Positions 50,501-61,266 of a DNA stretch of 64,000 bases are shown one piece after another (within the stretch, counting starts at the first letter, position 1; each line of letters opens with the position of its first letter). This DNA comes from Tubulanus polymorphus (Eukaryota; Animalia; Nemertea): NCBI RefSeq assembly GCF_964204645.1, contig NC_134028.1:11207263-11271262 (forward strand). Reading direction: 5' to 3'. The translations under genes and the position numbers were made by a program. Under the pieces are notes generated by a model. That model saw only the letters and a list, made by a program, of their open reading frames with translations. It did no database searches and was not told the origin of the DNA.

Positions 50501-53500
50501 GACGACGTGCACTACGTACCGTCGTCCTAAAAATCAAATGAGAGTATTTATTGTGAATTAGAACATCTAAAAACGGAATTTGGTCTTTTTGTTCCCATTC
50601 AAAAGTGAATTTCAAAGATGGATATTGAGAGTTGATGAAGTCAAGAAAAGAGTTAAGATCAAAATCAAAAGAAACTAAGCACAGAATGTCATCAACATAA
50701 CCCCAAAGTTTGGTTTAGAGCCAGTGTTATTTGGAAGAATTTCGGATTCAAAATGTTCAAGGAAAAGATTAAATGGGGGATAATGGGTTACCCTTAGCAA
50801 AACCGTAAATTTGTTCGTAGAATTTGTCTTGGAATTGGAAGTATAGATTGGTTGTTCAGAGCTCCAAAAGTTTAAGTAAGCAATCTACTGGAATCGGGAG
50901 ATCAAGATTGGAGTCCCGGAGCTTTCTTCTTAACAAATTGAGAGTTGGTTCCAATGGTATATTTGTAAAATTGTTATCTGTAATTTGGAAATTACAGATC
51001 TACAATTTTGCATTTGGATGTGGTTACCAAATATGTCTAGGTATCAACACAACATGAAAATACTTAGTTATTCAGCTTCCTAGGAATTGGAGAATGGATA
51101 ACGTTTGAATGGATAATTTGCATGAATACTTAGTTGAGCAGTGAAAAAGCCTTTCATCTGGAAACCATGTCATTTAAATTCACACCATCTGCATAGTAAT
51201 ACGCTCAGCCTACGGCTGGCTTAAAAATTACCTGCTTTGTCCATCATCTTTGCCAGTAATTTCGAAACAATACAACCCCTTTTTCTCATCTTGCTCTGTT
51301 TACAGTAAGGAAGGTATGGCACAACTCCGATGATCTTATTTGAACAAGATGTCTTGCAAGCATAAGCCAAAATCAACATTTCCATGATGTCATTATTAAC
51401 ATTCCTGAAAAAATACAATTCAATTCATCCAACCAACCCATATTGAGAGTCACAATGATGACTGTTCTGAATGCTAAAACTACTGACTTTGTTCCTGTTT
51501 GTATGATGTAGACATCCTTGGCTCTTAAAGATTCACCAATTTCAACAGTAGTTTCTGAAATTACAAAATATAATTGAAACTGAATTCAAACTAAAAATAG
51601 AACAAGAGGTCCATGGACCTTGAGATTTCGTTGAGATAATCGGAAGTTCCAGTTTGGGAAAAGTAAGTCCCACCTCGCCGGGCAGGATGGGTCAATGTAG
51701 CTAGATGTGAGGAGAGAATCCCACAATGATAATAAAAAGTCCGAAAATGAAACTTCGAGATAGTAGTTTATTTCAACGTTTCGACTATATCCTAATAGTC
51801 ATCTTCAGGAATAATGAATACTATTAGGATATAGTCGAAACGTTGAAATAAACTACTATCTCGAAGTTTCATTTTCGGACTTTTTATTATCATTGTGGGA
51901 TTCTCTCCTCATCGCGTCAACACGGATATAGTGTTCTACCAATCGTAGCTAGATGTATCAATTACAATTACAACAAATATACATGTCACCAATTGTGCTG
52001 AAATGTAATTAAGAATTCAATAATGTCTTAATTTTGAAAGTAATGCTTGCTTTCTGGGCTTATTTTCTCAAAGATCTGCATGAGCTGAAAGTATACGCTA
52101 GTAATTCATTTGGGGGTTTATGTTTGATGCTCTATCCAACCACTCCAGTTTCAAACTGCACATGACTGAATACCCCTTTAAAGCAGATGAATAACAGCCA
52201 CAGCCATTCCCTTCATTTTCAATAACATGGGGCGGCTGCTTCAGCATACACCTGATCGTGGTTAAATCAGTATCCAGACTGACAGTCAACAATACGAACG
52301 AGGCTGTGCAGAAAACCTGTTATCGCTGCTTTGCAACTATAATATTTGTTTATTACAATACTTTAATTTCAAAATAAGGATAGGAAAAAGAGTAAACAAT
52401 GAGTGTGTTTGGCTTGTGTCTTTTAATTTTTCCCGTAAATATTTCTTTTTCTGGCCACCGTCTGCCTTGACATGACTTTTTCAAGTTCATGCAACTGCCA
52501 CCAGGGGACCATATTTTCGGTATGCTCAAAGCTATTTTGAATAGACTTGGTACAACAGTACTGTTTACGTGGTACCCCTTATGGACCCACATATCTAGCA
52601 CAATGTTGACCCAGCGCTTCTTGGAAATGGTCATACATTATGAACTGATAAGAATTATTCCAATCCTATGAAATCTTTGTACGCTTTCCAGTGCGACATA
52701 TGAACCAGTTAGGCAGAAACCTGTTATCGCTGCTATGCAGCTGTATTTAGGGATTATAATCGGAATGTGACTGCCTTGTTGGCAAAATCATTTTGACAGC
52801 TCAGCTACCACTAGCGCCATCGATTGAACATAAATTGAAGGTTTTGCAGGCCTTTAGAGCCAATATATCATATTTTGGCGATGCTTATTTGATGACTTTA
52901 AATAATGAATAATGAAACTAGGGGTCCAGGGACACCATGCCCACTTGGGAAGTGGTTCAACGCCCCCTGGTGACCATATACAAAAACCAATGACCTTGAA
53001 ACTCACCACAATCATAGAACATGTCAGCAGCTACGATTTTGTAATTGATTGTGATAACAAAGTATGCCTCGTTACCAATTTAATACGGAAATACTAAGTT
53101 ATTCTACTATTCAATGCCTCCTGGTGACCATATTCAAAACCCAATGACCTCAAAACTCACCACAATCATAGAACATGTCATGACCTACAACTTTGCAATT
53201 GATCATGGTAACAAAATATGCCTAGGTACCAATATAATAAGGAAACACTAAGTTATTCTACTATTCAACGCCCCCTGGTGACAATATAGAAAAACTAATG
53301 TCCTTAAAACTCGCAACAATCATAGATGATGTCATGAGCTACAACTTTCCAATTGATTGTGGTTACAAAATATGCATAGGTACGAATATAATAAAGAAAT
53401 GCGAAGATATTGTATTATTCAACGCCCCTGGTGGCCATATACGAAATCCAATTACCTTGAAACTCACCACAATCATAGAACACATTATGAGCTACAACTT

Positions 53501-56500
53501 TCTAATTGATTGTGGTATCAAAATATGCTTAGGTATCAAGATAATGTGGAAAAACTTTTTCCCACTTACAAATGAGTACTGGTGACACCAAGATGGCCGC
53601 CAATTGCGTCATAATTGGCTGATGAAAAATACCTGTCTCAGGTATAAAACATCCCTTTTCAAAGAATACCCATCACAAATTGCAATACCAGTAGGAAGCT
53701 ACAGGACTCAGAATTCGGGCCAAAATTAACATTTTTGGGCACTAAAAAGGTCATAGGACGGCCATCTTGAATCCGATCGACCTAACTTTTGTTATGCTGA
53801 TGGGCTCTGAGGGGATTCACATATATCCGAAAGATCAAGGTAATTGATCAAAGCGTCTTCAAAATTTCCCTCAAAAAGTTCAAAAATGTGTAAAAGTGCT
53901 GATTTTGGCGATCAACAATGGCTGCCAGTCGGCCATCTTGATTCTGTGTAACCCAAATATCAAGACGTTACCTTGAAGCGTCGTCAAAACTTCCCAAAAT
54001 AACTGGATTCCGTCTACGGACGGACGCTACGGACGGACGGACGCACCGACGGACGAACGGACGCTACGAACGGACGCTACGACGGACGAAAAGTGAACGC
54101 AATAGCCCGCTGGGACTTAAGTCCCAAGTGGGCTAAAAACCCTCATGAACTTGACATTTGAGGTGACGGTAAACTGATACCTTAATTCCAAGGCCAAAGA
54201 AATAACAAGGTGCCCATGGGCACTGTTAGATTCAGCGCAGAAGTTAGTGAATTGAAGGAGTTAATCATATCCACCATACTAGATAGACCATACATTGGTT
54301 AAGTAAGGTGCTCTATCAGTTTTATACTTGATATAAAAGGAGATGCATGTTATAAAAGTATTATGTAATTAGATTTTGAATGACAAACAGTTGTTTATAA
54401 AAGGAAGAGAAGGTAAATACGTAACACATTTAGGCCTAATCAGGGATCATAATCGGCAGTCAAAAAAATATCGGAAATAAAGTTACAAATTTTGAGGATT
54501 GAATTGTGTTCTCATAACACTGCAGTCAGTAGAACTCAGATATAGACAGTGTATCGATTTTCCATGGATCACGTTGTTTTAGAATACTATGTTGTACTAT
54601 TTATAGCCGCAGTAGGCTATTGTGCGATATACCGGAGATCGACAAAACAATACTCCAAGACGCTTTTACGGCCTGATTGAATTGTCGATGTCCATGACAA
54701 GACCGACCCACAACCTACCCCTTCACCCAATTATCTCAACGGATCAACACAGATCTCAGAACCTGACCAGACAAAGAAGAAAAATATCGGATTTCCGATA
54801 AAAATCGGAAGATTATAATCCCTGCTAATAGATTTTGAAATGAAATGAAATACATATATAATCATTATAAATTATATAAGCCTGCTAACAAATTATAAGG
54901 TTTCGTTAAATCAAAAGCATCTCAGATGTCATATTTATATTTTTGTTGCTGAAGTAGAAATCATATCTAGCTGTATCGGGAGATGAGAAAGTATTCTAAG
55001 TTCCATACAAACTCAGTAAGATTTTCAGGATTCAAAGCAAAGACCTAAGGCTAAAAAATGATACCTTGTCTCTCCACTCATTGCTGAGCTGAAAGTTGAC
55101 ACAGCTGGCCACCTATCTACCCTTACTTTTTTAAACCATGATCAATGATATTTTACTGTAACAGACCCGGCAGTTTTAGAAATGAACCGATCAACATTTT
55201 ACAACTACAAAGAATCTTTCTGTGTCGGGTTAGTAACAAGTTCGACATTCCAATCTCTATCTATTCTCAAACTATAGATCAGTTTCGACATTAGCAATAT
55301 GTACGTGTGAGCGATATTGATTCACCGGACAGAAGCGACAGTCCCCGTAGTGTCATTAAAACAGCATTACCCAACTTCGCTTATCTGAGTTAGTCGTCTA
55401 GGCCTATAGTCGAACTATAAACTTTGATACTACTAATTCTCTTAAGGAAAATCGTTTTATATGAAACTATTGATTCGTGGTTGGAAACTACTGACATATA
55501 AATTATTCATAGACACTAATGACTAGTCTCTTGTGGTGAGTTTACCGCATACCCGCACAGGGTTGGAACTTTTCACAGGATAACAAACAACAAGTAAAGT
55601 ACTTGTGACCTAAACATGATTTCTTTTTCAATTTGTGTGTCATTACGGGCTTTTTTCTATCTGATTATCAGTTCTATATGATACTGCGTTATGGCACTAC
55701 ATCCATGGGAGTAGAGCTACTACGGGTGTTGTTAGGTGAACGACAGGATTTTTACTAGATACATTGTCTATATGGTCACTGACCACAAAAATATACAAGT
55801 GCCCCAAGGGGCACTATGGCCGGCCTGTCAGCTTTTCATAAAATGGCATGTGATGCATTCTGTGGGTTTTATTTGTCAAAATACACCTCAGTCCCGGCTC
55901 ACAGTCAATACCTATAATTTACACAATACAATCATGTTTCATATGTAGCACAGACAGCGACTGGAACTGGCAGGAACAAATACCTCAGATAAATCTTTTC
56001 CCTTCGTCTGATTGATTTGAATGTGGAATAGCATTGAATTTCTGAAATTGCTCGATAAAACAAAATTGAATTGGATATGGTGTTTTATATGTTCAGTTAA
56101 GTAAAATTGAATTGGATTTGATATTTTTTTGCAGAATAAAGTTTGATTGAATTTACAGTTTGAACACATGGCTAGTTAGCATATCAAGGTCAGCCATCTG
56201 ATTTGAGAAAAATTCTACTTCATTCATCCTCCCCGGCAGGGATTCGAACCTGATGGCATCGAGATTGCCATGGTACGAAACCCTGCCACACTAGACCCAG
56301 TGCGCGGCTACACGCGCAGCTTAGATGATGTCATTATTAGCCAATCATATATCCCATTTTATTTCAGCCCGGGTTTTCCCATTTATAGTTCTTCCTTGAA
56401 ATATTACCTCAACGATTATACAACAAGCAATCTGATTGGTGCCGTAAGTTTTCTTGCGGCAAAACTGCGCATGTACCTGCGCACCCGGTCTAGTGTGGCA

Positions 56501-59500
56501 GGGGTTCGTGCCCTGGCTGAGTGAGCGATGCCATCAGGTTCGAATCCCTGCCGAGGGAGGATGTACTTCATAGGATTTGGAGAATAGGTAATGCTTTAAT
56601 GAATGATTTGCATGAATATATGCTCAGTTGCACAGTCAAAGAGCCTTTGCTGGAAACCATGAAATTTATATTCGCTCCATTCGTATGGTAATAGGCTCAG
56701 CATGTGTTTAGAGTTATCAAATAACAAGATTATTGGTTAAAATATCAGTTAATATTTTACTCAAAAAACCTTTTTTTATCTCCAAATGAGGACTGGAGAC
56801 ACTAAGCTGGTGGCCAATTGACTGATCAAAAACTTGTCTAACATGTTAAACAGAAATTTCACTGAAATATAGCAAACATTAGGAAGCTACTTGGAATTCA
56901 AGCAAAAATTACATTTTTGGGCACAAATAAGGTCACAGGACAGCCTTCCTGTGTCCGATCAACCTAATTTTCCAAAGACTGATGGCATATTCAAGATCAA
57001 GATAATTGATTGAAGTTTCTTCCAAGTTGCCTTGAAAACTTCAACAAAGGGCCTAGGGTCTGATAGGATCAACTGAGTAAATTTTACTTTTGAGCAAAAC
57101 AATTGATTTGTTCATGGATTTGCTAATAATGTATAAACAGCTAATAAAGATGAAATCATAGTGCACTGTGTAGTAAGCATGTTCAACTTTGATGATAAAC
57201 ATGGTAATGGGTTAGCCCTATGACTAACCCGCACATGGCAGAACAATCAATACTATTTTCATTTTAATAAGGACGTCACTAGGCATCATCAAGAAACAAG
57301 GTCAAGTATTGATTAGAAGAATGGGGAAAATTCACTGAAATTTTGCACTCTTTCTCTCGGTACTTCCAAACGGCTTAGACCTGATGGACGAAACTTGCCA
57401 TATCAATTGCAACATCTATTTCACTCCTGCTGACAAAATGTCAGCTGTGTTTATTCATTGGTTACTATTTGTGCCACCAAGAACAAACGGAAAGTTACTC
57501 TCAGGACCATTCTATAAGGATTAACAGTTGATCCTAAAACTGTGTATAACACTGTGGATATTTATTCAATGTCGCCTAAATAAACATAGTATCTTTATGT
57601 TTAGTTTACGAGTTCAATTTGTGTTAGTGCCATTTTCATATATGCTGAAAAATGAATTTCATTTTTCTGCCCAATGATTCAGCCTAGGCTACTTGTATTG
57701 TCAAACCTCATTATGTGATCCTGTTAAAGAGATGAAACTAGCTAATTCTGATGTTTTCCATCATGTCCCAGCTAAGACATTTATATCAATCAAGATTTGG
57801 AAACAAAAACCCATTTAATACAACAATTTCGGCACTTTCGCCTACACAAGATTCGCACTGTAAGCAGCCTGCAGGATCGAACCCACTTGTCACTCAGCAC
57901 TGATCGCGGAGCTACCGAGGCCGCAAGATTCAATTCCAAAAAACTACAGCAGCGGCCAATAACTATCGCAATATTGGAATTTACGACAAACAACGTGTAA
58001 ACTAAATCACTTTTGTGGTGTTCAATGCATGGAAATGATAATAGAAGTTATTTTCCCTGGCGTGCATTACAAAGCCAATCTATCTGCCGAGTGCGTAAGG
58101 GGCTGCTACCGCCTCGTGAGTGCGCAGGAGACGGGCAGGGCATCTTAAAGTGAAAACTTCTCTTAGAATATAGCCGAACCGATGGAATTTTACAATAAAC
58201 TATCAGTCAACTGATGGATTGTTGATACAACATGGTTGTTCTCGATGTACTTAACAATGATATTTTCCTCTAATAAACAACTGAATAGAATAATCTATTT
58301 TCATTGGTGATATCGTATCATGCTGGGTGGTACTGTTTACCGTTTGATGTTTCCTGCCATCGTGAAATGGTTTTAACTTAAGTAAAGGCGTTCCTGCGCG
58401 ATCACATAACTTACCTATAGCGGTCTCAGTCATGAGAAGGCCAACCGTTCCACTGCTCTAGAAATACATATTCTGCCGCAGAGAAATTTATCCCAATTAA
58501 TCTCATTGCTTCTGATAGGAGGAATAACAGTGATATTTAAACACAATGATATTTATATACCGGGGGAACATAAACTTATGTTTTTCTATTCAAAAGTGGC
58601 CATTCCCGATCCTTTACTGCCGATGTCAATGCGGACATATCACTACGCGATTGCTTAACCCCCCTCTCATCTGCCACATAACTAATGAGAAAAAAATACG
58701 ATAGAATAACTGTTTTGACCATTAAATTATAAATCTTGTGAGGCTATCTTGTAGGGAATAATAGAAACATTATTTTGAGTCATTTTCAGCTGTTTCTAAT
58801 GTTTTACATGAACGTAATTACAATTTGAAGTTACTATGAAAATAAGAAGTCAGCGCTTTTTTTCGACTACGACTTTCAATCCATTTTACTAGCATTGGCT
58901 TGAAGTCATAGACGTCAGCCAATGCTAATATCAAAATCATGTTAAGTACATAAATAGCAAACTATATAATGTAAAATAAGACATTTCATCTAGACTCTTC
59001 ACAACCCATTTAAGGAGAAATGGTAAGGGTGCTATAGGCCTACGTGTAAGAAGTGCCCTTTTTGGCAAAAAATCTATGGCTGCCAGTTGGCCATCTTAAT
59101 TCTGAATGGTCAGGTTTATGAGGGCTGCAGATGTATCTAGCGTAGATGCATAGCATACAACAAATATCATGCCTTGAAGTGTCTCCAAAACTTCGCCAAA
59201 ATAACTGAATTCCATCTACGCAGGAACGAATGAACAAATGGTCAGACAAAAAGTGAATGCAATAGCCCACCCATCTTCACTTGTCAAGGGATTCGAACCC
59301 ACTAAGCTAAAGTCATTCCCTGAACCCCTTGACCTAACGACTCATTGGAGTCATTAGTAGCGACCAGAATCCGGGGAATCACAGCACTTGTAACAAACGA
59401 AATATTAGGCTTTCGTTCGAATTCCCGTTAAATGGACCAATCAGCGAATGTTCCGCCAAAAAAGGAAGTATTTTGCAAATCTATATATGACGTCATGCGC

Positions 59501-60938
59501 AACAGCGCCAGTAATGAAATCATGCGCCGTGAGGCCAGGGGGCTGGTGGAAGCGAGTTTGGGGAGCAACCAGACCCCTGGCAAGCGAGGATATAGCCCAC
59601 CAGGACAAAGGACCCAAATGGGTAAACATAAATTAGCTTTTGAACAAATTTCAAATTAATTAGTTTTCTTTAATCTGGATTGAATTAATATTTCAAAATT
59701 TGTGTCATTATTCCCATCTGAATCACTATCACCATATAAGATATCCAGGAAGAAAGACACTCTAAATATTTGGATGGATATATGAAAGCTGTGGGTACTG
59801 GAGTGTGTAATGGGTAGTGTAGTGTGATCTGTGTGAATTTGTGGCCAGCACACAGATCACATTGTTCATTGGGGTTTGGTCCAGGACTCGCAAGATTTTC
59901 AACAACACGGAAGTAACGTGTAATAAATGATGACTTGAATTGCATGACTACCTACCACCCCTCATTATTGTTGGAAAACTAAAGTTCGGCACTGACTAAA
60001 AATTAGTAAAAACATTTTATAATATAAATTGTATAATTTTCTTTTAAACGGCCGTTAAAGCTTCATGTTTGTGAGGCTTCATGAGTGGCCATGTTTGTGT
60101 TTGCTGCTTCGCATAAATCCCGCGCGGTGGCGCAACCACGCGGAGTGGGGCCGATACGTCCAGGAAGAAAGACACTAAATATTTGGATGGATATATGAAA
60201 GCTGTGGGTATTGGAGTGTGTAACGGGTAGTGTAGTGTGATCTGTGTGCATTTGTGGCAAGCACACAGATCACATTGGGATTTGGTCCAGGACTTGCGAG
60301 ATTTTCAACAACACGGAAGTAACGTGTAATAAATGATGACTTGAATTGCATGACTACCTACCACCCCTCATTATTGTTGGAAAACTAAACGTTCCGCACT
60401 GACTAAAAATTAGTAATAACATTTTAGAAATGGCCAGAATTTTAACTTAGGTTCTATCTCATTTTTATTTTACAATTGCGATTGGTATAATTTTTTTTTA
60501 AACGGCCGTTAAGGCTTCATGTTTCGTCTGCAATTCACTGCAAATAGTTACGCAACTACGCACATTTCAGTGTTTTTGGCAGCTGTACACTCAATCGGCA
60601 CCATTCGTGACTAGCTTCACTGCGGAATTATCATCAATTAACATTGTCATATCACATCATCAACTTATATTGTGCCTTAAAACCCTAACAGCCGAAATAA
60701 TTGAAATGCACACACGATTTCTATCATTGAAAATTGAGAGAGTGGCCATGTTTGTATTCGCAACCACGTGCAACGGGGCCGATACGTCGAGTTCATATTT
60801 GATGGGCGATAATAAGTACATAGTGATGACATTTTTTCTTGGCTGGCATGTACATTAAAAAAAATAATTGAATGGTTATACATACCTCTATTTGACTTGT
60901 GAAAAGCCGATAGATTTGTCAGATGAGCACCGAGACGT
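26848..60938 (-). CDS. PRPSAP: Host phosphoribosyl-pyrophosphate synthetase-associated protein (PRPSAP1/2-like), partial; exons 60886-60938, 51488-51554, 51232-51404, 38521-38636, 26848-27064
   Basis: Exons splice in frame with GT-AG: [66 protein letters not shown]..[50 protein letters not shown]..[21 protein letters not shown]. First and last exons were not found in the window. Confidence 0.93.
27105..27480. repeat. Degenerate tandem repeat, about 3 units of 140-150 bp
   Basis: Recurrent gccagacatt...ggctaggtcagctg..tagttaccact. Confidence 0.7.
28432..30110 (-). mobile_element. Non-autonomous Helentron/HINE-like element (related internal copy at about 61320-62240)
   Basis: Terminal hairpin ccttcatgac-tat-gtcatgaagg, with accttcatgac repeated near the other end beside aggcc-caaa-ggcct; A/T-run flanks; long similarity to 61320-62240. 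Confidence 0.6.
33092..33178. repeat. (TA)n microsatellite
   Basis: Direct read. Confidence 0.97.
34440..34829 (+). pseudogene. Degenerate DNA-transposase-like fragment (possibly Chapaev/CMC-related)
   Basis: PWKH..GLGL..ITGS....ILNR..HSINY....ET..A...WDN pattern resembles invertebrate transposase remnants; family assignment is from memory only. Confidence 0.4.
39960..40888 (-). mobile_element. Penelope-like retroelement 3' part (RT thumb + GIY-YIG endonuclease + pLTR), decayed
   Basis: [23 protein letters not shown]...YP; GVYKIPC..C..YFGETGR..RI.EH; H.FNF; ESAL..N.N.G. Confidence 0.88.
40023..40064 (-). ncRNA. Minimal hammerhead-ribozyme-like motif in the Penelope pLTR
   Basis: Minus strand CTGACGA-T-GATCTC tagtgt GAGATC-GAAA-tgtcg: core boxes flanking a 6-bp stem II. 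Confidence 0.6.
40999..47647 (-). mobile_element. Ty3/Gypsy LTR retrotransposon, internally deleted
   Basis: LTRs 40999-41505 and 47129-47647 (TG...CA), 4-bp TSD CTTT, PBS TGGTGGAGAA (complementary to a tRNA-Ala-type 3' end) at 47117-47126, PPT-like GGACAAGGGG next to the 3' LTR, domain order PR-RT-RH-IN. Confidence 0.95.
42403..46640 (-). pseudogene. Gypsy pol (protease, RT, RNase H, integrase, chromodomain-like tail) with two in-frame stops and an in-frame deletion
   Basis: LVDTGA; IDFRKLN; LDLNSGFHQ; TDSK; H..H..C..C zinc motif; HIDF, SDRG, ER.N; stops at 46465-46467 and 43729-43731; YxDD missing at the 45240/45241 junction. Confidence 0.9.
48990..50266 (-). mobile_element. HINE/DINE-1-like Helentron derivative, copy 1
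   Basis: Terminal hairpin gcccgctgggac..gtcccaggtggg, (GGAC)n microsatellite, five tandem core repeats of about 125 bp (ttcaacgccccctggtg..), CTAG|TT end on the minus strand. Confidence 0.8.
50531..50975 (-). pseudogene. Penelope RT 5' part
   Basis: Minus-strand translation [38 protein letters not shown]...IPFLDVLI. Confidence 0.85.
51708..51944. mobile_element. Short inverted Penelope pLTR-like insertion with hammerhead-like core
   Basis: 92-bp inverted arms 51708-51799 / 51820-51911; 12-bp direct repeat gtagctagatgt at 51697-51708 and 51945-51956; minus strand CTGAAGA-T-GACTAT taggat ATAGTC-GAAA-cgttg. Confidence 0.7.
52916..54139 (-). mobile_element. HINE/DINE-1-like Helentron derivative, copy 2
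   Basis: Highly similar to 48990-50266, with the same termini, core repeats and (GGAC)n tract. Confidence 0.8.
56225..56563. mobile_element. MITE-like foldback element with about 95-bp inverted arms containing Pol III B-box motifs
   Basis: catcctcccc..ggattcgaacc.. / ..ggttcgaatcc..gggaggatg; tacttcat repeated at 56216-56223 and 56564-56571. Confidence 0.7.
59744..60524. repeat. Local tandem duplication (about 330-365-bp units)
   Basis: tccaggaagaaagacact...aaacggccgttaa.gcttcatgttt occurs at 59744-60070 and 60159-60524. Confidence 0.85.
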
Positions 60939-61183
60939 CTGAAAAGTGGAAAAAGGTACTTCTAATTAGTTATAATTGATCTTTATAATAAGGAGCCCAT
61001 AGGGTAGGACAAAAATTGCATGAGGCGTATTCACTGAAATAAACAATTTGTACTGTTCTTCACATAGCATGTTTATGAGCTGCCAGTGGGAAACTTGCAA
61101 AGATGATACAATCTCTGAACCGGAACAAAACTTTCCATGGTGGGTTCTGTCTGTGCCTTCGTAGGCCTTTAGTTATTGCGATG

Positions 61184-61186
<3 letters not shown>

Positions 61187-61264
<78 letters not shown>
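61187..61264. repeat. (TA)n microsatellite
   Basis: Direct read. Confidence 0.97.

Positions 61265-61266
<2 letters not shown>

Larger units (their letters stand above)
40889..50530 (-). mobile_element. Helentron-like non-autonomous element (about 1.7 kb of its own sequence) hosting the Gypsy and a HINE
   Basis: Minus strand starts TTTTTAGGACGAC..GTCGTCCTATT (hairpin) and ends ..GTCGTCCTATT..CTAG|TT; removing it restores the Penelope RT frame. Confidence 0.7.

Noticed and set aside
56480-56563. Possible tRNA gene
   Set aside because: Has a B-box but no convincing cloverleaf or acceptor stem; part of an inverted-repeat element.
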